This document shows positions 56,019 through 64,000 of a stretch of DNA of 64,000 nt, in pieces. Each line of letters opens with the position of its first letter. The first letter of the stretch is position 1. Position numbers and translations under genes: made by a program. Source of the DNA: a candidate division WWE3 bacterium (GTDB lineage Bacteria > Patescibacteriota > WWE3 > UBA101185 > UBA10185); NCBI GenBank assembly GCA_014729135.1, contig WJKK01000001.1:455599-519598 (forward strand). Direction: 5' to 3'. A model generated the notes under the pieces. That model was given only the letters and a program-made list of their open reading frames with translations, was not told where the DNA came from and made no database searches.

Positions 56019-58082
56019 GTGTTTAAGTTAATTTCAGACTACAAACCTACCGGTGATCAACCGCAAGCAATTAAGCAGCTTACAGAAGGTATCGAAAAAG
56101 GCAAAAAGCATCAGGTTCTTTTGGGTACTACAGGTAGCGGTAAAACTTATTCTGCTGCAAATGTTATAGCCAATGTAAACAAACCCACACTTGTGATTTC
56201 GCATAATAAAACCCTAGCAGCGCAACTTTATCAGGAATTTAGAGATTACTTTCCTGAAAATGCTGTTGAATATTTTGTAAGTTATTACGATTATTATCAG
56301 CCGGAAAGTTACATTCCTTCAACAGATACTTACATAGAAAAGGATGCAGATATAAATGAGGAAATTGACAAGTTGCGCCTTTCTACAACAACTTCTTTAA
56401 TGACGCGTGAGGATGTTATTGTTGTGGCTTCAGTTTCGTGTATTTATAACTTGGGATCTCCCGCAGAGTATTCAAAAATTGCTTTGGAGTTGCGGGAAGG
56501 TATGAAGCTTCGTATGACGGATTTGCTGACACGTTTAACGCAGCTTTTTTATGAAAGAAATGATGTTAACTTTACCCGCGGGGCTTTTAGAGTTAAGGGC
56601 GATGTAGTTGATGTTTTCCCGGCTTATCAGGATTACGCTACTCGTTTGGAAGTGTTTAACGACGTTTTAACTAAGGTTAGTTTTTTTGATCCTTTAACGG
56701 GAGAGATCTTGAATAAAAAGGGTCTTCCGGTTAAGCGTAAAGGAAGCGCCACTCGAAAAAACACTCAAGATGAAAAGGATTATGCAGATCATATGGCAGC
56801 TCAACCGGGTTTAGTTCTAATTTATCCCGCAAAGCACTATGTTGCTGCAGAGGAAAATCGCGAAGAGGCTTTTGAGCAAATCCAAAAAGATCTAAAGTCT
56901 CGTTTAAAGGTTTTGCGTCAGGCCGGCAAAGATTTGGAAGCCTATCGTTTAAAGCAAAAGACTGAATATGATCTGGAAATGATGCGCGAAATAGGTTATT
57001 GCAAAGGTATTGAAAATTACTCTCGTTACTTTGATGGACGTTCTCCGGGGGAAGCGCCTTATACTCTTCTGGACTTTTTTCCTGAGGACTATCTAACAAT
57101 AATAGACGAGTCTCACATAACGGTTCCGCAAATTAGAGGCATGCACAATGGTGATCGCTCTCGAAAGGAGACGCTTATTGATTACGGTTTTAGGCTTCCA
57201 TCTGCGCTAGATAATCGCCCCTTAAACTTTACGGAGTTTCAAAAGCGTATGAATCAAGTGATTTACACAAGTGCAACTCCGAAGGATTGGGAGATAAACA
57301 AGTCGCGTGGTCGTGTTATAGAGCAAATAATTCGCCCTACAGGAATTGTGGATCCGGAAATTCAGGTTTTACCCACGGAGAATCAGGTTCCTGATTTGTT
57401 GCAGCGTATTAAGGAGCGCATTGATCGAAAAGAGCGCGTTCTTGTTACAACTTTAACCAAAAAGATGGCGGAGGAGTTGGCAAATTACTTTATAGAAAAG
57501 GGTATTAAGGCCACTTATTTGCATTCTAATATTGATACTTTGGAGCGTACTGATATTTTGGATGATTTGCGCAAAGGTAAACATGACGTTTTAGTGGGGA
57601 TTAATTTGTTACGGGAAGGTCTGGATTTGCCTGAAGTTTCCCTAGTGGCAATTTTAGATGCTGATAAAGAAGGTTTTTTGCGATCTGAAGGCGCTTTAAT
57701 TCAGATTATGGGAAGGGCTGCTCGCCACATTTCAGGTGAGGTGGTTATGTATGCGGATAATATGACGGGAAGTATGCAACGTGCTATTGATGAGGTTAAT
57801 CGTCGTCGTGAGATTCAGCTAGCCTATAATGAGGAGCATAATATTACACCTCAGCAGATTGTTAAGCCTATTAGAGAGCGTTTAATTCAGCAGCTTTCCT
57901 CTGAGAAGGGGGATGAAGAGGCTGTTCTAAAGCAGGAGTTGTCGCAGCTGCCTCCGGATGAGTTAGAGGAGGAAAGAGCTCGTTTAGAAAAGCTTATGCA
58001 CTACGAAGCGGAGGTTTTAAACTTTGAGAAAGCTGCAGAGTATCGGGATCTCATTAGGAAAATCAACAAACTTATAGTATAA
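56019..58082 (+). CDS. uvrB: excinuclease ABC subunit B
   Basis: 'LLGTTGSGKT' Walker A, 'YYDYYQPE', helicase motifs and C-terminal UVR domain 'NFEKAAEYRDLI'. GTG start. Confidence 0.9.
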   Translation: MFKLISDYKPTGDQPQAIKQLTEGIEKGKKHQVLLGTTGSGKTYSAANVIANVNKPTLVISHNKTLAAQLYQEFRDYFPENAVEYFVSYYDYYQPESYIPSTDTYIEKDADINEEIDKLRLSTTTSLMTREDVIVVASVSCIYNLGSPAEYSKIALELREGMKLRMTDLLTRLTQLFYERNDVNFTRGAFRVKGDVVDVFPAYQDYATRLEVFNDVLTKVSFFDPLTGEILNKKGLPVKRKGSATRKNTQDEKDYADHMAAQPGLVLIYPAKHYVAAEENREEAFEQIQKDLKSRLKVLRQAGKDLEAYRLKQKTEYDLEMMREIGYCKGIENYSRYFDGRSPGEAPYTLLDFFPEDYLTIIDESHITVPQIRGMHNGDRSRKETLIDYGFRLPSALDNRPLNFTEFQKRMNQVIYTSATPKDWEINKSRGRVIEQIIRPTGIVDPEIQVLPTENQVPDLLQRIKERIDRKERVLVTTLTKKMAEELANYFIEKGIKATYLHSNIDTLERTDILDDLRKGKHDVLVGINLLREGLDLPEVSLVAILDADKEGFLRSEGALIQIMGRAARHISGEVVMYADNMTGSMQRAIDEVNRRREIQLAYNEEHNITPQQIVKPIRERLIQQLSSEKGDEEAVLKQELSQLPPDELEEERARLEKLMHYEAEVLNFEKAAEYRDLIRKINKLIV

Positions 58083-58098
58083 TGTACCCCATAATCTT

Positions 58099-60759
58099 AT
58101 GCTAGGGGATGTAATAAATAAGTTAATACAATTTCAGATTTTTCTTGGACGCTTAGTTATTAATGCGGTATTGGGTGTATTGAAAGGACTTTTCTTTCTA
58201 ACTTTTTATTCTTTAAAGCTTTTGCTTACAGGACTATTGTGGGTACTAGATGCTTTAGCTCATCTTAAGTTTTTACCTCAGGTAGGCTATTCTTGGGGGC
58301 AAAAAGCTGCTTTATTTGTGAAGCGTTCCTTGGAGGTGTTTAAAGAAAAAAGGCAGGAACGAAGAGCTCAGAAACAGCTTGTTTGGGAGAGGTGTTTGGA
58401 GGAGAAGTTGAGAAAACAGGCGCAGAGGAAGCTTGAGGAAGGCAGTTCTGTTGAGGAGGGTGTCGATTTAACTGAAGAAGTAGAAACTGATTTTCCCGAG
58501 GAGTCCGCTGGTTTTGAACAAAATTTAGAAAGCTTATCAAAGGCAAATATTTCACCACCACTCCAGCTCCTTCAACTGACAGCTCCTCCCTTTGGAAGAC
58601 GCTTTTTACAGCAGCTGAAAAAAGCCTTAAAAAATACGTTTAATTTTCTGTTAAAAACTATTCTGAAGGCCCTTGGGTTTTTAGTTCTTCTTATAGATGT
58701 CACTTTTTCAACACTTAAAAACATTTTCATCTTTATAATTAGTTTTCCGCTAAATTTGCTAAAAAGGCTACTTCAGCCGGACTTTCTCTTTTTTGTATCT
58801 GGAGTCATTTTTGCGATAGTCTTTATTGTTGCTCCTTTTGAAATTTATCTTTTAGCGGATAGTTTGCCTTCCACAGATTTGTTGGTAGAAAAAGGTAACC
58901 GCCGATCTACTAAGATTTTAGATAGAAATGGAAACCTTCTTTATGAAATTTATGAGGATCGGAAGTACGAACCGGTTGAGTTAGATCAAATTCCTGAACA
59001 CGTTATTCAGGCAACTCTAGCTGTTGAGGATGCTCACTTTTACAAGCACAATGGAATTCGTCCGCTTAGTATGCTCCGCGCTGTTAAAGCAATAGTATTT
59101 GAAGACGATCTTCAAGGAGGTTCTACCATAACGCAGCAGCTTATTAAAAATGTTTTACTGACCCCTGAGCGCACCATTTCACGAAAACTTAAAGAAGTGG
59201 TTTTGGCTGTTTTAGTAGAGAATCGTTATTCCAAAGATCAGATTTTAGAGCTTTACTTGAACAATATTTCTTATGGTGGAACTGCTTGGGGAATCGAGGC
59301 TGCTTCCCAAAAGTTTTTTGACAAGCCTGTTTGGGAGTTGAATTTAGCAGAAGCTTCTATGCTAGCCGGGCTTCCCTCGGCTCCATCGGTTTATTCGCCG
59401 TTAAATAAGGACAGCACTCTAGCTAAGCAGCGTCAAAGATTTGTTCTGGATCGTATGGTGAGGGAGGGCTATATAACAGATGAAGATGCTACTGAAGCTT
59501 CCGAGAAGGACCTGAAGTATGCTTCTCAAAATACATTTATACGTGCGCCCCATTTTGTGTACTATGTACGTTCTTTGTTAGAGCAAAAATATGGTTCTCG
59601 GTTTGTTACGTTTGGGGGACTTACGGTTAAGACAAGTTTAGACCTGGAGTTACAGGAGAAAGTTCAAGATTTGGTTGCTGAAGGTGTGGCGGAAAATTCT
59701 TATTTAAATCTAACTAATGGTGCTGCTGTAGTTTTAGATGCTGAAACGGGTGAAATTTTGGCTTATGTTGGTTCTGTTGACTTTTTTGGAGAGGAGTGGG
59801 GAGCCTTTGATGTTGCCTCTGCAGAGCGTCAGCCGGGTTCTTCCCTAAAGCCTATTACATACGCGCTTGCTATGGAAAGGGGAGATACTCCCGCTACTTT
59901 AATTAATGACTCTCCTACGGCGTTCCCTATTCAGGGTCAAGAACCTTATAAGCCTGTTAACTATGATGGCCGCTTTCATGGGATGGTAACAATTCGGCAG
60001 GCTTTGGCAAATTCCTATAACATTCCTGCAGTTAAGACGGTGCAAAAAGTAACTCCTGAGGGTATGGCAGAATTGGCGCATGAAATGGGATTAAGTACAT
60101 GGACTGAAGACGCTTTCTATGGATTGTCCGTAACTTTAGGCGGGAAAGAGGTTCGTCTAGTAGATTTAACTAATGTTTATGCTACTTTTGCTCGTGGAGG
60201 TGTGTATAAAGATACTAAGCCGCTTTTAAGTGTTAAAGATTCTAACGGTAAGGAGTTGGTAGCCGGATGGTATGAAGAGCCTCGCCGAGTTTTAAGTGAG
60301 GGCGTGTCCTTTTTAATAACGCATATATTGTCCGATAATAATGCGCGTGCGCCTACATTTGGTTATCGCAGTCCTTTGTATATTTCGGAAAATCAGGTAG
60401 CTGTAAAGACGGGTACTACGGATAACAAGCGGGATAACTGGACTTTGGGTTATTCGCCTTCTTATGTAGTGGGAGTTTGGGTCGGGAATAACGATAATAC
60501 TCCGATGAATCAGAATTTGGCTTCAGGTTTAACGGGGGCTGCTCCTATTTGGAACGATATTATGACGCTTGTTTTGGAGGAGGAGACGCAAAATAAGTTC
60601 GTTAAGCCGGATAGTGTTTTCTTAAAAGTGGATGAGGAGTGTGGTCGTCGGGAGTATTTTGTGAAGGGATCTAATGTGCCTGCATTTTTGTGCCCTCAAA
60701 AGGATGATGTTGACGATAAGGATTCTGATAAAGACGACGATTCTGATGATGAACGCTAG
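58099..60759 (+). CDS. class A penicillin-binding protein (GT51 transglycosylase + transpeptidase), with a long N-terminal extension and an acidic C-terminal tail
   Basis: GT51 motifs 'EDAHFYKHNGI' and 'GGSTITQQL'. Transpeptidase motifs 'GSSLKP', 'NSYN' and 'KTGTT'. Tail 'DDVDDKDSDKDDDSDDER'. Confidence 0.85.
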   Translation: MLGDVINKLIQFQIFLGRLVINAVLGVLKGLFFLTFYSLKLLLTGLLWVLDALAHLKFLPQVGYSWGQKAALFVKRSLEVFKEKRQERRAQKQLVWERCLEEKLRKQAQRKLEEGSSVEEGVDLTEEVETDFPEESAGFEQNLESLSKANISPPLQLLQLTAPPFGRRFLQQLKKALKNTFNFLLKTILKALGFLVLLIDVTFSTLKNIFIFIISFPLNLLKRLLQPDFLFFVSGVIFAIVFIVAPFEIYLLADSLPSTDLLVEKGNRRSTKILDRNGNLLYEIYEDRKYEPVELDQIPEHVIQATLAVEDAHFYKHNGIRPLSMLRAVKAIVFEDDLQGGSTITQQLIKNVLLTPERTISRKLKEVVLAVLVENRYSKDQILELYLNNISYGGTAWGIEAASQKFFDKPVWELNLAEASMLAGLPSAPSVYSPLNKDSTLAKQRQRFVLDRMVREGYITDEDATEASEKDLKYASQNTFIRAPHFVYYVRSLLEQKYGSRFVTFGGLTVKTSLDLELQEKVQDLVAEGVAENSYLNLTNGAAVVLDAETGEILAYVGSVDFFGEEWGAFDVASAERQPGSSLKPITYALAMERGDTPATLINDSPTAFPIQGQEPYKPVNYDGRFHGMVTIRQALANSYNIPAVKTVQKVTPEGMAELAHEMGLSTWTEDAFYGLSVTLGGKEVRLVDLTNVYATFARGGVYKDTKPLLSVKDSNGKELVAGWYEEPRRVLSEGVSFLITHILSDNNARAPTFGYRSPLYISENQVAVKTGTTDNKRDNWTLGYSPSYVVGVWVGNNDNTPMNQNLASGLTGAAPIWNDIMTLVLEEETQNKFVKPDSVFLKVDEECGRREYFVKGSNVPAFLCPQKDDVDDKDSDKDDDSDDER

Positions 60760-60811
60760 TAGCCCGATTTTTTTCGATATGCTAACATTTTATTTATAAA
60801 TAGCCATTACA

Positions 60812-61753
60812 GTGAAGAACCTTAGCTTAAAAACAAATTACTCTGTTAATCTTTTCCATTTCGTGGATTCTCTCTCTCGTTGGGATTATTATGTGTCGCC
60901 TCATATACTGGAATTTTTTCAAAGAAATTGGGAGGTTACAGAAGAGGATAAAAAGTTACTAGGGGAGTATAGAAAAAGCAGAAAAGTTTTTGGGTGGGCT
61001 GCTATCTCGGAATTACTTGCATGGTCTTACGCAAAGTTTCCCCACCACAAGGAGTATTCTCCGCTATTTTCTATAATTTCTCACTTCGAATTTCGAGAAG
61101 ATTTATCCGGAAATTCCCTACAATGTAACATCAGCGCCATACTTGAGGAGCTGAATTTTGGAATTGCTTATATGAGGAAAATGATGGTGGACTCTCACCT
61201 TGAAGAAAGGCTGATTAAGATACAGGAACTTTTTGATTCAGAAAGTCCTGATAGCCCTATACCTGTTTATGTTCTCTATTCTTACGAAGAGGGCTCTAGT
61301 TCCGGAAATGCAGATGGTAATTCTATCTATGTTGAGATTCCTAAAGGGGGTGAATTTGAACGGGCCTATCAGATACTTGTACATGAATACGCACATAAGA
61401 TAATACATCCAAATAGTTATTTTCGGGAGTCCTCCTCTGCGCTCGTTCGGGATCTTTCACGGAAAGTGTACCCGCACGTATATAAGGACGAACTCTACGG
61501 CTTTTTTGAGGAAGCCGTAATCTATGCGCTATGTGAAATCCTTTTCTTTTCCCACGATCCTGATCAGAAGATTCAAAATTTGAAAAGGTCTTCTTCCTTA
61601 TCTGATGTAGCTAAGGGTAGATATGCCCACATCTGGAGACTTTCTAAGAACCTAACTTCTCTTTTTGATTTGTATCTACGCGGTATCAAATCCGCTGATG
61701 TGACAATAAAGGATCTAGAAAGAACGCTGGTGAATTATATTGGAGGTGTCTAG
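60812..61753 (+). CDS. hypothetical protein with an HExxH motif ('ILVHEYAHKIIHP'), possibly a zinc metallopeptidase-like fold
   Basis: 313-aa ORF. The single HExxH is followed by a downstream Glu/His. No other family signature. Confidence 0.45.
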   Translation: MKNLSLKTNYSVNLFHFVDSLSRWDYYVSPHILEFFQRNWEVTEEDKKLLGEYRKSRKVFGWAAISELLAWSYAKFPHHKEYSPLFSIISHFEFREDLSGNSLQCNISAILEELNFGIAYMRKMMVDSHLEERLIKIQELFDSESPDSPIPVYVLYSYEEGSSSGNADGNSIYVEIPKGGEFERAYQILVHEYAHKIIHPNSYFRESSSALVRDLSRKVYPHVYKDELYGFFEEAVIYALCEILFFSHDPDQKIQNLKRSSSLSDVAKGRYAHIWRLSKNLTSLFDLYLRGIKSADVTIKDLERTLVNYIGGV

Positions 61754-61790
61754 GGGCTGGGTTTTTTGTCCCCCTAGTTTTTTTGTGAGT
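61752..61790 (+). terminator. hairpin CTAGGGG-(loop ctgggttttttgt)-CCCCTAG, followed by a T-run
   Basis: Inverted repeat directly after the stop of the 313-aa gene. The uvrA -10-like TATAAT at 61816 follows. Confidence 0.45.
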
Positions 61791-61831
61791 ATGTTTGCAA
61801 ACCCGAAGAAATACCGTATAATTTTGACTTG

Positions 61832-64000
61832 ATGTCGTCTAAAAATCTTGAAAAGCTACAAAAAAATCCTAGAAGCTCTAAAACTTTAGACAAAATAACC
61901 GTAAAAGGTGCTCGGCAGCATAACCTTAAAAACGTAAATCTGGAAATTCCTAAAAATCAATTCGTTGTTTTCACAGGAGTCTCGGGTTCGGGAAAATCTT
62001 CCTTAGCTTTAGATACTCTTTATGCAGAAGGGCAGCGTCGTTATGTTGAAAGCTTATCTTCATATGCGCGTCAGTTCTTGGGTGTCATGGACAAACCTGA
62101 TGTGGACAGCATTGAGGGGCTTTCTCCGGCAATTGCAATTGACCAAAAAACCACCTCCGCTAATCCCCGCTCCACCGTAGGAACCGTAACCGAAATATAC
62201 GACTTTTTCCGCCTTCTATTTGCACGCATTGGCCATCCTCACTGTCCTGAATGCGGCAGGGAGGTTAAACGGCAAAGTTCCGATCAGATTCTTGAGGCAG
62301 TTTTAGACACGATAAAAAGTCAACCTGAATTTTCATCGTCTAAAGGCGTGCGTTTTATGCTTTTAGCTCCTCTAGTTCAAGAGCGCAAGGGGGAATATAC
62401 AGATCTCTTCCAAAACCTGCAGAAACAGGGAATAGTTCGTGCTCGTATAGACGGCCAAATTCGTCGACTTGACTCCGATTTTACACTTCTAAAAAATAAT
62501 AAGCATACAATTGAAGCTTTAATTTCACGGCAGGTGCTGACAAAGAAAAAATATGAAAAAGAAACATCCCAAGTAGAGAGCCTCCTTTTTGGCTCTATGG
62601 AAACAGCTTTAGAATTAAGCGAAGGGCTTTTAATTTTAGCAATAGTAAAGGATGCCTCTTTTGATTTTCCCGAGAATCCTGAAAAAACGGAGGACTTTTT
62701 GTTTTCCGAAAAATTTTCCTGCCCTGTTTGTGATGTGTCTCTTCCTGAAGTAGAGCCCAGAAACTTTTCTTTTAACTCTCCCCAAGGGGCTTGTGAAGAA
62801 TGTGACGGCATTGGAAGCAAGTTGGCAATAGATCCCGATTTAATACTAAATCCAAAGCTTTCGGTTAATGAAGGTGGGATACTCCCTTGGGCAAAGCTTT
62901 CTACAGGAAATACGTGGACTTACCAGAAAATTAAGACGGTAGCCGATGCCCATGACATTTCACTGGATGAGCCTTTAGAAGACCTACCTCCTAAAAAGCT
63001 GGAAATTCTCCTTCAAGGAACCGGAAACAAAACTTACGATGTTTCTTACTTTAAAAATGGGCGTAAAAAAACTTACACAACTCGTTTTGAAGGGGTCATT
63101 CCCAATTTAACCCGCCGCTACCATGAAACAAGCTCAGACTACAGTCGGCGTCAAATTCAAAACTACATGGTTAAAGAGCCTTGTCCTGTTTGTAATGGCG
63201 CGCGTTTAAAGCAGGAGTATCTAGGCGTGACTATAGAAGGCAAAAGTATTCATGATGTTACGCAAATGCCTTTAGGTGAAACGCAACGTTGGTTAAATAA
63301 TCTTTCGCATCAAATAGAACCCACGGAAAAGGAGATAGCAGAGATTATTCTTCGTGAGGCCAATTATCGTCTGAAGTTTTTGCTGGACGTGGGTTTAGGG
63401 TATTTGAATCTGGCTCGTACAGCAGGGCATCTTTCCGGCGGAGAATCTCAAAGGATTCGTCTAGCCTCGCAAATTGGTACCGGACTTTCAGGGATTATGT
63501 ACGTGCTGGATGAGCCCTCAATTGGGCTTCATCAAAAGGACCAAGGACGCCTCATTAACACTTTAAAGCACCTTCGTAATATTGGAAATACTGTCATTGT
63601 GGTGGAGCACGACAAGGACACCATGTTAGAAAGCGATTACATTTTCGACTTTGGTCCGGGAGCCGGTGAGAACGGTGGAGAGATTGTAGCGGAAGGGACT
63701 CCACAGGAGTTGCAGCAAAACAAGAAATCTTTAACAGGTGCTTATCTGTCAGGTCGAAAAGTAGTAGGTCAGGTTGAAGTTTCAACAAAAAAGCAGAAAA
63801 CTGCAGATAATTCAGGAAAATGGCTAAATCTTAAAAAAGCTTCAGGGCGCAACTTAAAAAACATCAATCTGGAGATTCCTCTAGGAAAGTTTACTTGTAT
63901 TACAGGCGTTTCAGGCTCGGGCAAATCTACTTTAATTATGGACACGCTTTTGAAAGCAGTTAAAGAACATTTTGGGTTAAAGGTGGAAGAACGTCCTCTG
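61832..64000 (+). CDS. uvrA: excinuclease ABC subunit A (5' ~723 codons; continues beyond the window)
   Basis: 'GVSGSGKSSLALDTLYAEGQRRYVESLSSYARQFLG', zinc-finger cysteines and a second ABC signature 'LSGGESQRIRLA'. Open to the window end, so absent from the ORF track. Confidence 0.9.
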   Translation, partial: MSSKNLEKLQKNPRSSKTLDKITVKGARQHNLKNVNLEIPKNQFVVFTGVSGSGKSSLALDTLYAEGQRRYVESLSSYARQFLGVMDKPDVDSIEGLSPAIAIDQKTTSANPRSTVGTVTEIYDFFRLLFARIGHPHCPECGREVKRQSSDQILEAVLDTIKSQPEFSSSKGVRFMLLAPLVQERKGEYTDLFQNLQKQGIVRARIDGQIRRLDSDFTLLKNNKHTIEALISRQVLTKKKYEKETSQVESLLFGSMETALELSEGLLILAIVKDASFDFPENPEKTEDFLFSEKFSCPVCDVSLPEVEPRNFSFNSPQGACEECDGIGSKLAIDPDLILNPKLSVNEGGILPWAKLSTGNTWTYQKIKTVADAHDISLDEPLEDLPPKKLEILLQGTGNKTYDVSYFKNGRKKTYTTRFEGVIPNLTRRYHETSSDYSRRQIQNYMVKEPCPVCNGARLKQEYLGVTIEGKSIHDVTQMPLGETQRWLNNLSHQIEPTEKEIAEIILREANYRLKFLLDVGLGYLNLARTAGHLSGGESQRIRLASQIGTGLSGIMYVLDEPSIGLHQKDQGRLINTLKHLRNIGNTVIVVEHDKDTMLESDYIFDFGPGAGENGGEIVAEGTPQELQQNKKSLTGAYLSGRKVVGQVEVSTKKQKTADNSGKWLNLKKASGRNLKNINLEIPLGKFTCITGVSGSGKSTLIMDTLLKAVKEHFGLKVEERPL

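Noticed and set aside
62377-63788. Minus-strand ORFs 62377-62820 and 63594-63788
   Set aside because: They lie inside the unambiguous uvrA coding region on the opposite strand.
1-64000. Search for CRISPR arrays, tRNA and rRNA genes
   Set aside because: No regularly spaced direct repeats with unique spacers were seen. The only tandem repeats are the in-frame 33-bp coding repeats at 55625-55822. No cloverleaf-like GC-rich ~75-nt segments or rRNA-like conserved blocks were recognised in intergenic regions.

Overview
AT-rich (~38-42% GC), gene-dense bacterial window, almost entirely on the + strand, with many 4-nt start/stop overlaps and several apparently leaderless starts. The gene content (monomeric glyQS-type GlyRS, minimal dcw block, very glycosyltransferase-heavy) is compatible with a small-genome bacterium such as a CPR/Patescibacteria-like organism; that is inference only.

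Positions ~600-36500 are one large cell-envelope glycan biosynthesis and modification island. It contains:
- a PglC-type priming phosphoglycosyltransferase;
- roughly 9 GT2 and 7 GT4/GT1 glycosyltransferases;
- a Wzx-like flippase;
- an O-antigen-ligase::GT39-like fusion;
- three further GT-C-like polytopic membrane proteins, one of them 1174 aa;
- a DPM1/GtrB-like polyprenyl-phosphate sugar synthase;
- three class-I SAM methyltransferases;
- a B12-binding radical SAM enzyme;
- a sulfotransferase-fold protein;
- a large membrane-anchored exported protein.

Inside the island, a GT2-MTase-GT2 gene triad occurs twice as diverged paralogs. There is also an ~0.9-kb GC-rich foreign-looking gene cassette with its own strong intrinsic terminator.

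Positions ~36500-64000 are housekeeping: recO; glyQS; a small GC-richer orphan gene; mraZ-rsmH-ftsL-ftsI; yraN; an LCP ligase; a response regulator plus histidine kinase; phosphomannomutase; PEP synthase; enolase; a chimeric, frameshifted argS remnant; a DedA::dPGM fusion; lexA preceded by a hendecad-repeat protein gene; uvrB; a class-A PBP; an HExxH hypothetical; and the 5' part of uvrA.

The non-coding oddities are:
- a GC-rich hairpin followed by a ~330-bp CT-rich tract;
- a 139-bp inverted-repeat element;
- a (GCGAA)2-containing motif held in hairpin loops at two loci;
- 33-bp tandem repeats.

No rRNA, tRNA or CRISPR array was recognised.
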